This document shows, in pieces, positions 62,093 through 64,000 of a stretch of 64,000 nucleotides of DNA; position 1 is the stretch's first letter; each line of letters begins with the position of its first letter. The notes under the pieces are model-generated. The model had not been told where the DNA came from. It made no database searches and was given only the letters and a program-made list of their open reading frames with translations. The stretch is from Malacoraja senta (Eukaryota): assembly GCA_038087875.1 (NCBI GenBank), contig CM075993.1:6574001-6638000 (forward strand), written 5' to 3'. The position numbers were made by a program, and so were the translations under genes.

Positions 62093-62206
62093 GTATCAGG
62101 GAGAGCGCTGTTTGTGGGACTGGGATTACAATTTATTCTCGGCATCTTCATCATCAGGACGGAGCCTGGCTTTCAGGCTTTCAACTGGCTTGGAGTCCAA
62201 ATCCAG
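62093..62206 (+). CDS. SLC28A1: SLC28A1/A2-like coding exon 6: VSGRALFVGLGLQFILGIFIIRTEPGFQAFNWLGVQIQ
   Basis: Acceptor ttcctctactcag, donor |gtatgt. 'GLGLQF.LG...IRTEPGF.AF.WLG.Q' is a CNT motif. Confidence 0.93.
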
Positions 62207-62439
62207 GTATGTCCAGAGGGAAGATGTCGTCAAACCGAAACGATTGTCAAATGCACAATGTACAGGTTTCAGGTACATCGAAACTCCTGCTTGTGGCAGC
62301 ATCTTCCCAGCTTCTTCCCATCTATTATCAGGCAACTGAACTGTCCTCTCACCAACCAGAGCATAGAAACATAGAAGCATAAAAAACACGTGCACGTAGG
62401 CCATTCAGCCCTTTGAGCCAGTACTGACATATATATACA

Positions 62440-62700
62440 CACACACCAGTGGGCAGGTGCTATAGACCTGCACGGGAAGGTAGACGCTCCCGCCCCCACG
62501 AGTCTCGGGCAGATGGGGCTCGTCAGCCTGGGAAGGCAGTCCATCTAGGAGATTTAAAACCTCCACTGCCTTGTGGCCATATCCAGTCATGGAAAAGGCT
62601 CCAGGAGTGAACCTCAAGAAAATCCGGAGTCGGAGCCCCTAAGGCAGTTCATCGTTCTCTACAACCTCGCACTGGCAGCTACTGCGACGGCGTTGGCTGG
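62440..62700 (+). mobile_element. Possible RTE-clade LINE 5' UTR fragment
   Basis: gggctcgtcagcctggg..ggcag...tctaggaga...aaacctcc resembles RTE 5' UTRs. Recognised from memory only. Confidence 0.4.
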
Positions 62701-63897
62701 CGGTGTGTCAGATTTCTTCCTGAGTCTCAACAAGGTGGTGGGTGTATGGAACGAGCTGCCAGAGGAGGTAGTTGAGGCAGCGACAATCCCAACGTTTAAG
62801 AAAAAGTTAGACAGGTACATGGATAGGACAGGTTTGGAGGGATATGGACCAAGCGCAGGCAGGTGGGACTGGTGTAGCTGGGACATGTTGGCCGGTGTGG
62901 GAGAGTTGGGCCGAAGAGCCTGTTTCCACGCCGTATCACTCTATGACTCTGTAAGAAATGTCCAAACAGTTTCCGCCACAGACCCATTCATCTCTCCAGC
63001 ATTGTGTTTTTTGCAAGAGGTACAGAAATATTATAACTTTAGATTCAGTGACAGTTTCTTCCCAGCTGTTAAACCAGTGGTGTCAGAATCCCATGAACAA
63101 AGAACAGAAAAGTTTCCATCAGACATAGGAGCAGAATAGGACCATTTAGCCCATCGAGTCATAAGATCATGTGATAGGAGCAGAATTAGGCCATTTGGCC
63201 CATCAAGTCCACTCCGTCATTCAATCATGGCTGATCTATCTCTCCCTCCTAACCCCATTCTCCTGCCTTCTCGCCATAACCCCTGACACCCATACTAATC
63301 AAGAATCTATCTTATCTCTGCCTTAAAAATATCCAGTCTTGGCCTTCTGTGGCAAAGAATTCCACAGATTCACCACCTTCTGATTAAAGAAATTTCTCCT
63401 CATCTCCTTCCTAAAGGAACATCCTTTAATTCTGGGGCTATCTCCTCTGGTCCTAGACTCTCCCACTAGTGGAACCATCCTCTCCACATCCACTCTATCC
63501 AGGCCTTTCACTATTCGGTATGTTTCAATGAGGTCTCCTCTCATCTTTCTAAACTCCAGCGAGTACAGGCCCACTCCGTTTCAATAGACAATAGGAGCAG
63601 GAGTAGACCATTCGGCCCTTCGAGTCAGTACCGCCATTCACTGTGATCATGGCTGATCATCCACAACCAGTACCCCGTTCCTGCCTTCTCCCCGTATCCC
63701 TCTTTAAGAGCCCTATCTAGCTCTCTCTTGAAAGTACCCAGAGAATTGGCATCCAGAGAATTGGAGAGTCCAGAGAAAGCATAAATAGAGCTGTTCTACT
63801 GTGTTCCTTCTCATTATGAAAAAGAACTGTGTGGGAATGTCAACGCCGTGTCTTACTTACCTGTAGATAATAATTCCCCGTTTGTTTTTCCTTGCAG

Positions 63898-63975
63898 ACT
63901 TTTCTGAATTATACGACTGCAGGATCCAGGTTTCTCTTTGGAGATCAGCTGATCGACGGCATTTTCGCATTTCAG
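63898..63975 (+). CDS. SLC28A1: SLC28A1/A2-like coding exon 7: TFLNYTTAGSRFLFGDQLIDGIFAFQ (gene continues beyond the window)
   Basis: Acceptor tttgtttttccttgcag, donor |gtcatt. 'FLNYT.AGS.F.FG....FAFQ' is a CNT motif. Confidence 0.92.
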
Positions 63976-64000
63976 GTCATTCTTCTCCATCTGCCCGTTC

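Noticed and set aside
62445..62520. Possible ribozyme at the RTE-like 5' fragment (hairpin gcaggt-gctatag-acctgc)
   Set aside because: I could not assign the P1/P2/P3 pseudoknot or catalytic core. Only a simple hairpin is visible.

Overview
Repeat-dense eukaryotic (vertebrate) genomic DNA. It is most likely from a cartilaginous fish (skate or ray), judged from about 20 HE1-type V-SINE copies with (AAACT)n tails and abundant CR1 and Penelope repeats; this taxonomic call is an inference. Two host genes lie on the + strand. The first is the last two coding exons and 3' UTR of a semaphorin-7A-like gene (9566-9615, 18598-18965). The second is the first seven coding exons (255 codons, all phases compatible) of a concentrative nucleoside transporter of the SLC28A1/A2 type (54917-63975, running off the window). 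Almost everything else is transposon-derived: a Nimb/I-group LINE with RNase H, an IR/DR Tc1 element, an inverted Penelope insertion, a Rex1/Babar LINE with a long open ORF, a decayed DIRS element, Tx1 and CR1 LINEs, MITEs and SINEs, often nested. There are two 200-N assembly gaps. The most notable observations are: (1) a 136-bp TSD-flanked non-coding retroelement whose first 54 nt fold into a minimal CPEB3/HDV-like self-cleaving ribozyme starting at the element's first base, with a second copy at 8237-8290; (2) a widespread Penelope-derived hammerhead-like motif and hairpin mini-elements centred on it; (3) an ORF1-only, polyadenylated Tx1-like element. All family assignments come from motif recognition by eye, not from database searches.
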